From contig JBIKUM010000001.1 in assembly GCA_044347585.1 (NCBI GenBank), positions 1-35,309 of the forward strand: DNA of 35,309 bases. Reading direction: 5' to 3'. A program made the translations under genes and the position numbers. Positions 17,010 through 25,086 of the stretch are shown in pieces. Position 1 is the stretch's first letter. Each line of letters begins with the position of its first letter. This DNA comes from Terrimicrobiaceae bacterium. Lineage in GTDB: Bacteria > Verrucomicrobiota > Verrucomicrobiia > Chthoniobacterales > Terrimicrobiaceae. The notes under the pieces are model-generated. The model had not been told where the DNA came from, did not search any database, and saw only the letters and a program-made list of their open reading frames with translations.

Positions 17010-18434
17010 ATGAAATCACGCCCGTTCATCCACGAAGACTTCCTTCTCGACTCACCAGCCGCGCGAGAGCTTTACCACTGCCACGCGGCCGATTTGCCGA
17101 TCATCGACTATCATTGCCATCTGCCTCCCAAAGAGATTGCGGACGACATTCGCTGGGATAACATGGCCACGCTATGGCTTGGCGGCGACCACTACAAATG
17201 GCGGGCGATGCGCACGGCAGGAGTCAACGAGCGCTTCTGCACCGGTGATGCAACGCCTTGGGAAAAGTTCGAGCAATACGCCGCCACTATGCCGAAGTTG
17301 CTGCGCAACCCGCTCTACCATTGGTCGCACATCGAACTCGCACGCTACTTTGGAGTGAGCGATAGCCTGCTCAATCCCGAAACCGCACGCGGCATTTACG
17401 AGCACTGCAACTCGCTTCTCGCTCAGCCGGATTTTTCCTGCCGGGGGCTGATGAAGAAATCCAAGGTCGAGGTCGTCTGCACAACTGACGATCCGGTGGA
17501 TTCGTTGGAGCACCATGCCTCTATCACCGCCGATGCGTCGTTTGATATCCAAGTGCGCCCGACCTGGCGTCCCGACAAGGCACTCCTCATTGACCAACCT
17601 GCTGCCTTCGCCACATGGCTTGAAGCGCTGGAAAAAGCCTCGGGGTTAAGCATCGGCACACTCTCCGATCTCATGCAGGCCTTGCGAAACCGGCATGATT
17701 TCTTCGCCTCCCGTGGATGCCGTCTCTCCGACCGGGGCGTGGATACCGTTTGGGCCGAAGATTGCACAGAGAGCGAAGCGGCCTCGATCTTCGCCAAAGC
17801 GCGGGCCGGTGGCGCTGTGACGCTGGATGAGGCGCTGCGTTACAAATCCTACCTTCTCCACGAACTCGCCGTGATGGATGCGGCGAAAGGATGGACGATG
17901 CAGATTCACTATGGAGCCATTCGAAACAACAACACGCGCATGAAAAAAATGCTCGGTGCGGATTGTGGATTCGATTCCATCGGCGATCTGCCCGTGGCGG
18001 CGGCTTTGGCCAAACACCTCGACCGGCTCGACTTCGCGGGCAGCCTGCCCAAGACGATCATCTACAACCTCAACCCCCGCGACAACGAACTCGTCGCCAC
18101 GATGCTCGGGAACTTCCAGGATGGCATCACTGCAGGCAAAATCCAGTTCGGCAGCGGATGGTGGTTCCTCGATCAACTCGACGGCATGACGCGCCAGATC
18201 GAAAGCCTCTCACAACTCGGCCTTCTCAGCCAATTCGTCGGGATGCTCACCGACAGCCGTTCATTCCTTTCCTACACGCGCCACGAATACTTCCGCCGGT
18301 TGCTCTGCAACATCCTCGGCGACGACATCGAGCGCGGACGCCTGCCCAACGATCTTTCGCTCGTTGGAAAAATGGTTGAGGACATCAGCTACCACAACGC
18401 CCGTCGCTACTTCGGTTTCTACGAAGACCAATAA
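17010..18434 (+). CDS. uxaC: Glucuronate isomerase
   Basis: 474 aa. N-terminal FIHEDFLLDS...LPIIDYHCHL is the UxaC hallmark, and the length is right. Confidence 0.9.
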   Translation: MKSRPFIHEDFLLDSPAARELYHCHAADLPIIDYHCHLPPKEIADDIRWDNMATLWLGGDHYKWRAMRTAGVNERFCTGDATPWEKFEQYAATMPKLLRNPLYHWSHIELARYFGVSDSLLNPETARGIYEHCNSLLAQPDFSCRGLMKKSKVEVVCTTDDPVDSLEHHASITADASFDIQVRPTWRPDKALLIDQPAAFATWLEALEKASGLSIGTLSDLMQALRNRHDFFASRGCRLSDRGVDTVWAEDCTESEAASIFAKARAGGAVTLDEALRYKSYLLHELAVMDAAKGWTMQIHYGAIRNNNTRMKKMLGADCGFDSIGDLPVAAALAKHLDRLDFAGSLPKTIIYNLNPRDNELVATMLGNFQDGITAGKIQFGSGWWFLDQLDGMTRQIESLSQLGLLSQFVGMLTDSRSFLSYTRHEYFRRLLCNILGDDIERGRLPNDLSLVGKMVEDISYHNARRYFGFYEDQ

Positions 18435-18449
18435 GAAGCGCGCCGACTT

Positions 18450-18569
18450 TTGGAGGGTCAACCTCCGGCTTGACCCAAGACTGAACCGCTCCACTACCAC
18501 GCCGTCCCGTTCCCCTCACGCCGAACGCCGCTTCGCGGCTGAAGCTTGGGGCATGCGAGACGATGCCCC
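18450..18569 (+). repeat. Copy 2 of the repeated hairpin-bounded element, between the convergent uxaC and GT4 genes
   Basis: 5' hairpin GGAGG-gtcaa-CCTCC (18452-18466). 3' hairpin GGGGCAT-gcgagacg-ATGCCCC (18548-18569). The first 41 nt differ from copy 1 at a single loop base. Confidence 0.6.
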
Positions 18570-18577
18570 CCCCAAAA

Positions 18578-19783
18578 TTACGATGCTGCGAGGGTTTCGT
18601 AGAGGGCTTTGGTTTGTTTGGCGATGGAGGCCCAGGAGAAGGTGTCGATGGCGCGTTGGCGTCCGGCGTTGCCGAAGGCTTTTTGTTTGGCGGGGTCGGC
18701 CATGATTTCGTTGATGCGAGTGGCGAGGTCGCGGGAGAATTTTTTGGGGTTGACCGGTTCGAACGGGCTCTCCGTCATTTGCTCGACGGGGATGAGGTAG
18801 CCGGTTTCGCCATGGACGACGACTTCGGGGATACCGCCGACGGCGCTGGCCACGACGGCGCGTCCGCAGGCCATGGCTTCGAGGTTGATGATGCCGAAGG
18901 GCTCGTAGATCGAGGGGCAGACGAAGACGCCGGCGTGGCTGTAGAGTTCGATCTTGGATTTGTTGTCGAGCATCTGGTCGATCCAGATGATGCCGTCGCG
19001 TTGGCTTTGGGCTTGGGAGACGGCGGCTTTCATTTCGGCTGCGATCTCGGGTGTGTCGGGCGCTCCGGCGCAGAGGACGATCTGGAAGCCGGGGTCGAGA
19101 TGCTGGATGGCGTTGACGAGGTGGATAATGCCTTTCTGGCGGGTGATGCGGCCGAGGAAGAGGGCGTAGGGTTTGGCGGAGTCAATGCCGAAGCGGTCGA
19201 GCACGCTGCGAGTCGTGACGGCCTGGTATTCCGCCGGGTCGATGCCGTTGTAGATGATGTGGAGGCGTGCGGGGTCGATCTGGAAAAGCTTTTCCACATC
19301 GCGGCGGGTGCCTTCGGAGACGGCGATGACGGCGTCAGCCATTTCGAGGGCGGTGCGTTCGAGCCAGCAAGTGAAGTCGTAGCCGCCGCCGAGTTGCTCG
19401 CGTTTCCAAGGCCGGAGCGGCTCGAGCGAGTGGACGGTGATGACGAGGGGAATGCCGTAGTTCAGCTTGGCGAGGATGCCGCCGAAGTGGGCATACCAAG
19501 TGTGGCAATGCACGACGCCGGCGTCGATGTTGGCAGTGTTGAAATTGAGGCAGCGCTGGAGAGCACCGAAGACGGATTGAAGCTGTTTCGGAGATGTCCA
19601 CCCGGCTGCGTCGAGGCCGACGCCTTGGGCGGCCAGCTGGCCGGCGGAGGTGTTTTGGTCGCCGAAGCAGCGGACATCCACAGGCATGAGCTTGGCGAGT
19701 TCGCGGCTGAGGTATTCGACATGAACGCCGGCGCCGCCGTAGATGTGGGGTGGATATTCGTTGGTGAGGAACAGGGCTTTCAT
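18578..19783 (-). CDS. GT4 glycosyltransferase, glycogen-synthase-like (Corynebacterium-type GlgA family by eye)
   Basis: Track ORF trimmed to ATG 19783 (MKALFLTNEYPPHIYGGAGVHV). C-terminal YEPFGIINLEAMACGRAVVASAVGGIPEVV. Confidence 0.75.
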   Translation of the reverse strand: MKALFLTNEYPPHIYGGAGVHVEYLSRELAKLMPVDVRCFGDQNTSAGQLAAQGVGLDAAGWTSPKQLQSVFGALQRCLNFNTANIDAGVVHCHTWYAHFGGILAKLNYGIPLVITVHSLEPLRPWKREQLGGGYDFTCWLERTALEMADAVIAVSEGTRRDVEKLFQIDPARLHIIYNGIDPAEYQAVTTRSVLDRFGIDSAKPYALFLGRITRQKGIIHLVNAIQHLDPGFQIVLCAGAPDTPEIAAEMKAAVSQAQSQRDGIIWIDQMLDNKSKIELYSHAGVFVCPSIYEPFGIINLEAMACGRAVVASAVGGIPEVVVHGETGYLIPVEQMTESPFEPVNPKKFSRDLATRINEIMADPAKQKAFGNAGRQRAIDTFSWASIAKQTKALYETLAAS

Positions 19784-19797
19784 GGGACTGGATTGAT

Positions 19798-20265
19798 TCA
19801 CATCAGGCGGCAGGGAATGGAGAATTGGAGCTGGCCGGCGCCGGGCTCGAGCCATGGCGCGTCGATGGCGGTGAGGGAGGCTTTTTTCACTAGCACGGCG
19901 GCGGGCTCGGGAGTTCCCAAAAGCTCGCCGATGGTTGTGCTGAAATCGGGTTCGTGACCGACGAGCAAGACAGAGTCGCTGGCAGCGTGGGGCGCGAGGC
20001 GTGCAAGCAGGGTGGAAGTTTCCATCCCGCAGGCGAGCCAGCTTTCGATGGCGACTTCGCGCCCGAGCGTTTCAGCGACGATCTCCGCTGTCTGCCTGGC
20101 GCGGGTCACGGGACTGCTGAGAATAACGGCTGGATCGAGCCCATGACTGGCGCAGAATTTTCCAACCTTCGCCGCCTGCTGCAGCCCTTTGGGCGTGAGT
20201 TTGCGGTCGAAGTCCGACTCGGCCAGATCCTCGGCTTCGGCGTGGCGCAGGAAGTAGATCGTCAT
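19798..20265 (-). CDS. sixA: Phosphohistidine phosphatase SixA-like (histidine phosphatase superfamily)
   Basis: 155 aa. IYFLRHAEA catalytic motif and downstream LVGHEPD. Confidence 0.7.
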   Translation of the reverse strand: MTIYFLRHAEAEDLAESDFDRKLTPKGLQQAAKVGKFCASHGLDPAVILSSPVTRARQTAEIVAETLGREVAIESWLACGMETSTLLARLAPHAASDSVLLVGHEPDFSTTIGELLGTPEPAAVLVKKASLTAIDAPWLEPGAGQLQFSIPCRLM

Positions 20266-20282
20266 GGAGGGAGGCTGCTTTT

Positions 20283-21035
20283 TTACATGCTCATGCCGCC
20301 ATCCACTGCGAGCACTTGGCCGCTGATGTAGGAGGCTTCGGCGCTGGCGAGGAAACTCACGGCGGCGGCGATGTCATCCGTCGCACCAAATCGAGCGACC
20401 GGAATCTGCGAGAGAGCGCCTTTGCGGACTTCTTCGTTGAGCACGGAGGTCATGTCGGTCTCGATGAAACCCGGGGCGACGACATTGACTGTGATGCCAC
20501 GGCTGGCGATTTCGCGGGCGATGCTCTTGGTCATGCCAATGAGGCCGGCTTTGCTGGCAGCGTAGTTGGCCTGGCCGGCGAGGCCCATGAGTCCGCTCAC
20601 GGAGCTGATATTGATGATGCGGCCGGAGCGTTGTTTGACCATGGCGCGGAGGATGGCTCGGGTGAAATTGAAGGCGCCTTTGAGATTGGTCTGGAGCACG
20701 ACATCCCAGTCGTCGCTCGACATGCGCATGGCGAGTGTATCGCGGGTGATGCCGGCATTGTTGACCAGAATGTCGCAACGGCCAAAGTCGGCGAGTATCT
20801 GATCACCGGTTTTTTGCACGGCGTCGAAGTCGGCGACATCCACCGCGTAGGGCTTGGCTGCACCTGGCGTGACGGCGTTGATGGCGTCGGCCGTGCGTGC
20901 GGAGTTGGATTCCGTGCGGCTGACGACGGCGATTTTCGCGCCTTCGGTGGCGAGGCGTTTTGCGATGGCTTCGCCGATGCCGCGACCTGCTCCGGTGACG
21001 ACGGCGACCTGATTTTCAAATCGTTTTGTGCTCAT
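20283..21035 (-). CDS. fabG: 3-oxoacyl-ACP reductase-like short-chain dehydrogenase
   Basis: Track ORF trimmed to ATG 21035. VTGAGRGIG, NNAG and YAASKAG motifs. Confidence 0.8.
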   Translation of the reverse strand: MSTKRFENQVAVVTGAGRGIGEAIAKRLATEGAKIAVVSRTESNSARTADAINAVTPGAAKPYAVDVADFDAVQKTGDQILADFGRCDILVNNAGITRDTLAMRMSSDDWDVVLQTNLKGAFNFTRAILRAMVKQRSGRIINISSVSGLMGLAGQANYAASKAGLIGMTKSIAREIASRGITVNVVAPGFIETDMTSVLNEEVRKGALSQIPVARFGATDDIAAAVSFLASAEASYISGQVLAVDGGMSM

Positions 21036-21212
21036 GCTGGAGGGCACAGAAGACCACCGCTGAAGCGGATTGGAAACAAAATTTTCCATCCGATTTTTTC
21101 CCAACGCATCGCTCGGCGCTCAGGCGTCTCATCTCCGCTTCGCCAACGATCTCAACCCTCGAATCCACTCGACGCCCAAACTCGAAATGACCAGGAATAT
21201 CCATGTCCGTAA

Positions 21213-21250
21213 CGACCAAAAATTTGGACGATCGTCCAAATTTTTGGTCG
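21213..21250. repeat. 38-bp perfect palindrome CGACCAAAAATTTGGACGA|TCGTCCAAATTTTTGGTCG
   Basis: Verified base by base: positions 21213-21231 are the exact reverse complement of 21232-21250. It lies about 180 bp upstream of the fabG-like start. Confidence 0.9.
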
Positions 21251-21395
21251 CGGTAGTTTATAAGTTGCTCCTGGAAAAAGAAGTGTAGGGTTTCTGAAAA
21301 AAGCACTTTTTTTGAAGGTGTGTCTTTTTTGCAAAAGCAGGAGGTTGAATTTGGAATCCGGGGCAAGAACGCAGGCGGTGAGCGTTTGACAAATA

Positions 21396-21415
21396 TTTTG
21401 GACGATCGTCCAAAA
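21396..21415. repeat. Second copy of the palindrome core (20-bp perfect palindrome TTTTGGACGATCGTCCAAAA)
   Basis: Shares the 18-bp core TTTGGACGATCGTCCAAA with 21223-21240. The flanks GAC...GGTC are partly conserved. It lies about 55 bp downstream of the GNAT stop. Confidence 0.85.
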
Positions 21416-21469
21416 ATTTGGTCTTTGCGGGAAAAATCCTGCGCAGCCTGTATTGTTTTTTGACCGATT

Positions 21470-22150
21470 CTAACGACTCGCGACCGTGCGAGAATCGGGC
21501 AGGGCGAGGTTTTTGATGACGGTCATGAGATAGACCGGCTCGGGGTGTTTGTCCCTGTATTTGGTGATTTCGCGTTTCTCGACGACGCGGAATCCGAATC
21601 GCTCGAAAAGCTTCGCACCGCGCCGGGACTCGAAGGTGACGACTTGGCCGAAGACCTCCTTCTCGCCATGCGCGCGGAGGAAGTCGAAATACTTGTTCGT
21701 CATGGCCTGCGTCGTGGCGAGTTTTTGCGCCTCGGGCAGGACATTGAAATGAAAGTGCGCCGTGCGGCGGGGCGCGGCGGGGACTTCGCGCCAGGAATTT
21801 TTGAGAATCCAGCGGATGAAGCCGCGCGTGGCCTCGTTGTAGCCACGGTAGCGGAACATTCCGATGCCGAAGAGGCGGAGGTTTTGGAAAAAGCCATACC
21901 ACTGGTGGCGCAGCGGACGCCGGGAGCCGAGGAGGTAGCCTTTGACCACGCCGTCCTGCTCAAGCACAAACGCCGCCTCAGGCTCCACATCGGTGTAGTA
22001 GGCGGTGAGGTAGTCGGCGAAGAGCTCGCGGTCCTCGAAAACCGGATCGATCGGCTTGCCGAGAAAACCCGTCTCGCAACAAAGTCGCCTCACCGCCGCA
22101 CGGTCGCGGGGCTCGTAATTGCGAATGATGGTATCAGGCGTATGGGCCAC
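21470..22150 (-). CDS. GNAT-family N-acetyltransferase (start uncertain)
   Basis: The track ORF starts at a TTG (22252) inside the upstream terminator, so GTG 22150 (then AHTPDTIIRNYEPRD) is proposed instead. GNAT-like core VVKGYLLG...FGQVVTFESRRGAKLFERFGF. Confidence 0.6.
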   Translation of the reverse strand: MAHTPDTIIRNYEPRDRAAVRRLCCETGFLGKPIDPVFEDRELFADYLTAYYTDVEPEAAFVLEQDGVVKGYLLGSRRPLRHQWYGFFQNLRLFGIGMFRYRGYNEATRGFIRWILKNSWREVPAAPRRTAHFHFNVLPEAQKLATTQAMTNKYFDFLRAHGEKEVFGQVVTFESRRGAKLFERFGFRVVEKREITKYRDKHPEPVYLMTVIKNLALPDSRTVASR

Positions 22151-22250
22151 AGCAGGACATACTATGCAGGCGCTCCTGCTCAGAGAAGGAAATTGAGATC
22201 GTTGTAGGCGCCCACTTGCAGAGCGGGCTGGAGACACAGTCCTGAAAAGC

Positions 22251-22283
22251 AAAAAAAGACCACCATATCGGGTGGTCTTTTTT
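22251..22283. terminator. Bidirectional intrinsic terminator-like hairpin
   Basis: AAAAAAA-GACCACC-atatcg-GGTGGTC-TTTTTT. It lies 34 nt downstream of the exosortase stop, with A and T runs on either side. Confidence 0.6.
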
Positions 22284-22316
22284 CTGTTTGGGGGGGGAGA
22301 ATGCGTGCAGGGCGCG

Positions 22317-23372
22317 TCAGTAGTCGTCCTCGGTCTTTTTTTGCATGGAACTCGAAGGCGGTGGAGGGGGCCGTAGCGCGGTAGCGGGAGTCCGTTGCCG
22401 AAAGAGCGATCTCAAGCCTTGCGTCAGAAATTCCCGAATGGATGAGGCGTTCAGCAGGATTTTGGAAATGCCAACCATCCCGCCCAAGGCCACGGCGAAG
22501 ACAAGCAAACCCGCAATAACATGGAACCATGATGGATCGGTGAGAGGATTTTTCCCAATCGCAAACTCCGACCCGAACACAATCGTGCCAATCGTAAGCA
22601 TGAGAATCCGCGCCAGATTTCCCGCAATGGCTAGCGGTGCCGAGCACAGGAAAAGAATCCATTTCTGCCACCAATTTTTCATCTCCATATGTCCATAGAG
22701 CGCGCTCGCCATCATCAGCGAAAAAAGCGACCTAATGCCGGAACACGGATCCGCCACATCCACCGCAAACTTTTTACCCGCCGGAATCCCCAGCAACGGC
22801 TCCGGCGCCGAAAGGATTCCCGTGCCATTCCTCACCACATCGATACCAATGAAATCCAACGAAAAAACCGCCGCATGCGACATGAGCATGCGGAGGGGAA
22901 AGGCGATGTAGTTGTCCAGAAACGGCACCGGCCAGGCAAAAGCAAGGAAGATGAGAGGGAAGGCAAAAAACAAAACTGTTTTGCCTCCCAGAAGGAACCA
23001 AATCGAGCCGGCAACCATTCCTTGAAAGGCAAAGAATCCGATGAAGTGGGTGCCCATACGCTGCCCCGCCCAAAAGCAGGCAAACGCTACAACGACCATA
23101 ACAAAACCAAGCCAAGAGGTCGATGGCGTCGGTAGGGGTTTTTGGTGGATAGTGTGGATGAAGATAAGGATTGCCACGGGAAAAACGAACAAACAATGCC
23201 CCCAGTCACCGCTGCCTTTGGAGAGGTTCCAAAATTGCTTGAAAGCCGACTCGGGAATAGGTCCATAACCTTGTGAATAAGGGACAAATGCAAAAAGTAA
23301 AAAAGGCACAAGCCAGGCCATCGCCAGCGCGATGAGCTGACGATTTGAGGCATGCGATCGCATTTGCGACAT
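22317..23372 (-). CDS. Exosortase-family transpeptidase (EpsH/Xrt)
   Basis: Polytopic membrane protein with the family signature residues DVADPCSGIRSL (Cys) and IAGNLARI (Arg). Candidate starts are GTG 23384, ATG 23372 and ATG 23363. It has a Pro/Ser-rich cytoplasmic tail. Confidence 0.85.
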   Translation of the reverse strand: MSQMRSHASNRQLIALAMAWLVPFLLFAFVPYSQGYGPIPESAFKQFWNLSKGSGDWGHCLFVFPVAILIFIHTIHQKPLPTPSTSWLGFVMVVVAFACFWAGQRMGTHFIGFFAFQGMVAGSIWFLLGGKTVLFFAFPLIFLAFAWPVPFLDNYIAFPLRMLMSHAAVFSLDFIGIDVVRNGTGILSAPEPLLGIPAGKKFAVDVADPCSGIRSLFSLMMASALYGHMEMKNWWQKWILFLCSAPLAIAGNLARILMLTIGTIVFGSEFAIGKNPLTDPSWFHVIAGLLVFAVALGGMVGISKILLNASSIREFLTQGLRSLFRQRTPATALRPPPPPSSSMQKKTEDDY

Positions 23373-23605
23373 GTAACTATCCACAATTGGAATTAACGGG
23401 TTGAGTGTTCAAGTGCTTTTCTACGATGGCGAAAGTAGTGGGGTCTTTTACAGGATGAAGTGTCCAAGCTCCATGTTTTTGTGCTTTAGCAGGCGAGGGG
23501 CGTTTCGACACCAAATTTTGGACGAACTCCCCTGCGATCGAACTTGGCGGAGTCGGGAGCCCAAAAGTGCGATCATTTGATTCCTATAAACCGAAAGAAA
23601 ATTTT

Positions 23606-24745
23606 TTAAATGCAATACTGCTTAATTAAATTAGAAACTATAACGCCGGATGAATCCCAATTAATTCTTTCAATATATTCTTGAAAACACACTGCAGAAA
23701 ATTTTTTGTAATTATCTTTTGAGGACATAAGCAATTTTATTTTATCGCAGTAAATTTCTGCTGAAGCACCTAATGGAAAGGTCCATCCATTTACTCCATC
23801 GCGAATAGCTGTTTTTATCCCGCCCACATTGGTAGCCAAGCAGGGTAGTCCAAATGAATTTGCTTCAGGAAATACCACTCCGAAACATTCTGCTTTTGTA
23901 GGTAATACCAAGAAGTGCGCTTCGGAAAAAAGTTGATCGATCCGTTTCCTGCCCTGTTCAGTTTTTTTAGATATAAAGCCATGCGTTATCACAAATGACG
24001 GAGAATTAAATGGTGGTTTACAACCAACAACATGAAGTTCTGTTCTCAGCCCAGATGCATTAAGTCTCTTTGCAATATCTAAAACAAAATCTCCTCCTTT
24101 TCTATTCCAATCTACGCCAACAAATAAAAGTTTGCAAATATTAAAACTTTTATTGTCAACTAATTTTATGATATCGCTTGAGTCTCGGTTAGAATTAATA
24201 TTTGCACCAAATGGCACAACCTTAACCTTATCAGGATCAATTTGATAGTTTGCAATCGCAGAATTTGCTGCCCATTGAGATGAATAAATGGCAAGTCGGC
24301 ATTTTGATAGTGTCATCTGTTCAAGCCTATGGCCATTACGAATGGTTTCTGAGGCTAGGTTGGTAAACTCGGGGTAAAAATTAAGCATGCCTGCAAATGT
24401 AGCATCTGTCCAAATTACAATAGGCTTATCTGATTTAAGATGTGCTAATTCGAGTGTTCCTGGACTAAAGATAAAATCGTATTCAGATGACACGAGTCTC
24501 TTATTTATTTGCGAAGCATAGTTTTTACAAATCAATAGTTCTCGATTTCTCAAATAATTCTTCTTGGAAACGATCAAATAGAGTAATTTTTTAAACTTTG
24601 ACAAATTCCAGTCGCCTTCTTTAAGACTTCCTATGGTAAATGTAATTATTCCAGCATTTTGAATCGCCTGCAACATGTAAAATATGGATCCCGACCATGC
24701 CTGCACATTGGATGGATCGCTACTTGTTACAAATGCAGCTTTCAT
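23606..24745 (-). CDS. GT4-family (GT-B) glycosyltransferase
   Basis: Track ORF trimmed to ATG 24745 (MKAAFVTSS). C-terminal ECFGVVFPEANSFGLPCLATNVGGIKTAIRDGVNG. Very AT-rich coding sequence. Confidence 0.8.
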   Translation of the reverse strand: MKAAFVTSSDPSNVQAWSGSIFYMLQAIQNAGIITFTIGSLKEGDWNLSKFKKLLYLIVSKKNYLRNRELLICKNYASQINKRLVSSEYDFIFSPGTLELAHLKSDKPIVIWTDATFAGMLNFYPEFTNLASETIRNGHRLEQMTLSKCRLAIYSSQWAANSAIANYQIDPDKVKVVPFGANINSNRDSSDIIKLVDNKSFNICKLLFVGVDWNRKGGDFVLDIAKRLNASGLRTELHVVGCKPPFNSPSFVITHGFISKKTEQGRKRIDQLFSEAHFLVLPTKAECFGVVFPEANSFGLPCLATNVGGIKTAIRDGVNGWTFPLGASAEIYCDKIKLLMSSKDNYKKFSAVCFQEYIERINWDSSGVIVSNLIKQYCI

Positions 24746-25086
24746 AAAAAATATGTTTTTTAGACGAAATTTAAAAATTAACGGCACTATTGGGAGATGA
24801 GTAAAAACTATCCACCCCATCAATTTTTTGTTATTCTATGTGTGCCGAGGCGATTTCAGGATAAGGCGCAAAGAGGGGGCTGGGAATAACTTTCGGTGGT
24901 CTTAGACGCGCCGTTTAGGGGTGATACCAAAGTAGGCAAGTTCAAGCGTCGCTCATTGAGACGCGGCTATAAGTGAAAACGGCTTGCTTAAATTTAAACC
25001 TAATAGCCATTGGTTTTATGAGTCTCGAGTGACTGGTGGCAAGTTTGAGTAGTGGATCGCATCGTATTTAAAAAGACCGAATCCTC

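Noticed and set aside
18563-19957. Long + strand ORF (464 aa) and similar long antisense ORFs in the track. Examples: 2798..3952 +, 8325..9266 +, 20316..21212 +, 11158..11925 +, 16182..16982 -, 395..1195 -, 7464..8114 +, 21545..22207 +, 1810..2505 +.
   Set aside because: Each lies antisense to a gene with clear family motifs. Their translations are low-complexity and rich in Gly/Asp/Ala/Arg, as expected for shadow ORFs in 60% GC DNA. None shows a recognisable motif.
22290-22297. G8 run just downstream of the exosortase stop, and a C8 run at 18566-18573 next to the GT4 stop
   Set aside because: Both are non-coding and lie downstream of stop codons, so length changes would not alter a reading frame. 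The C8 run is part of the repeated-element hairpin flank. They are noted but not proposed as switches.
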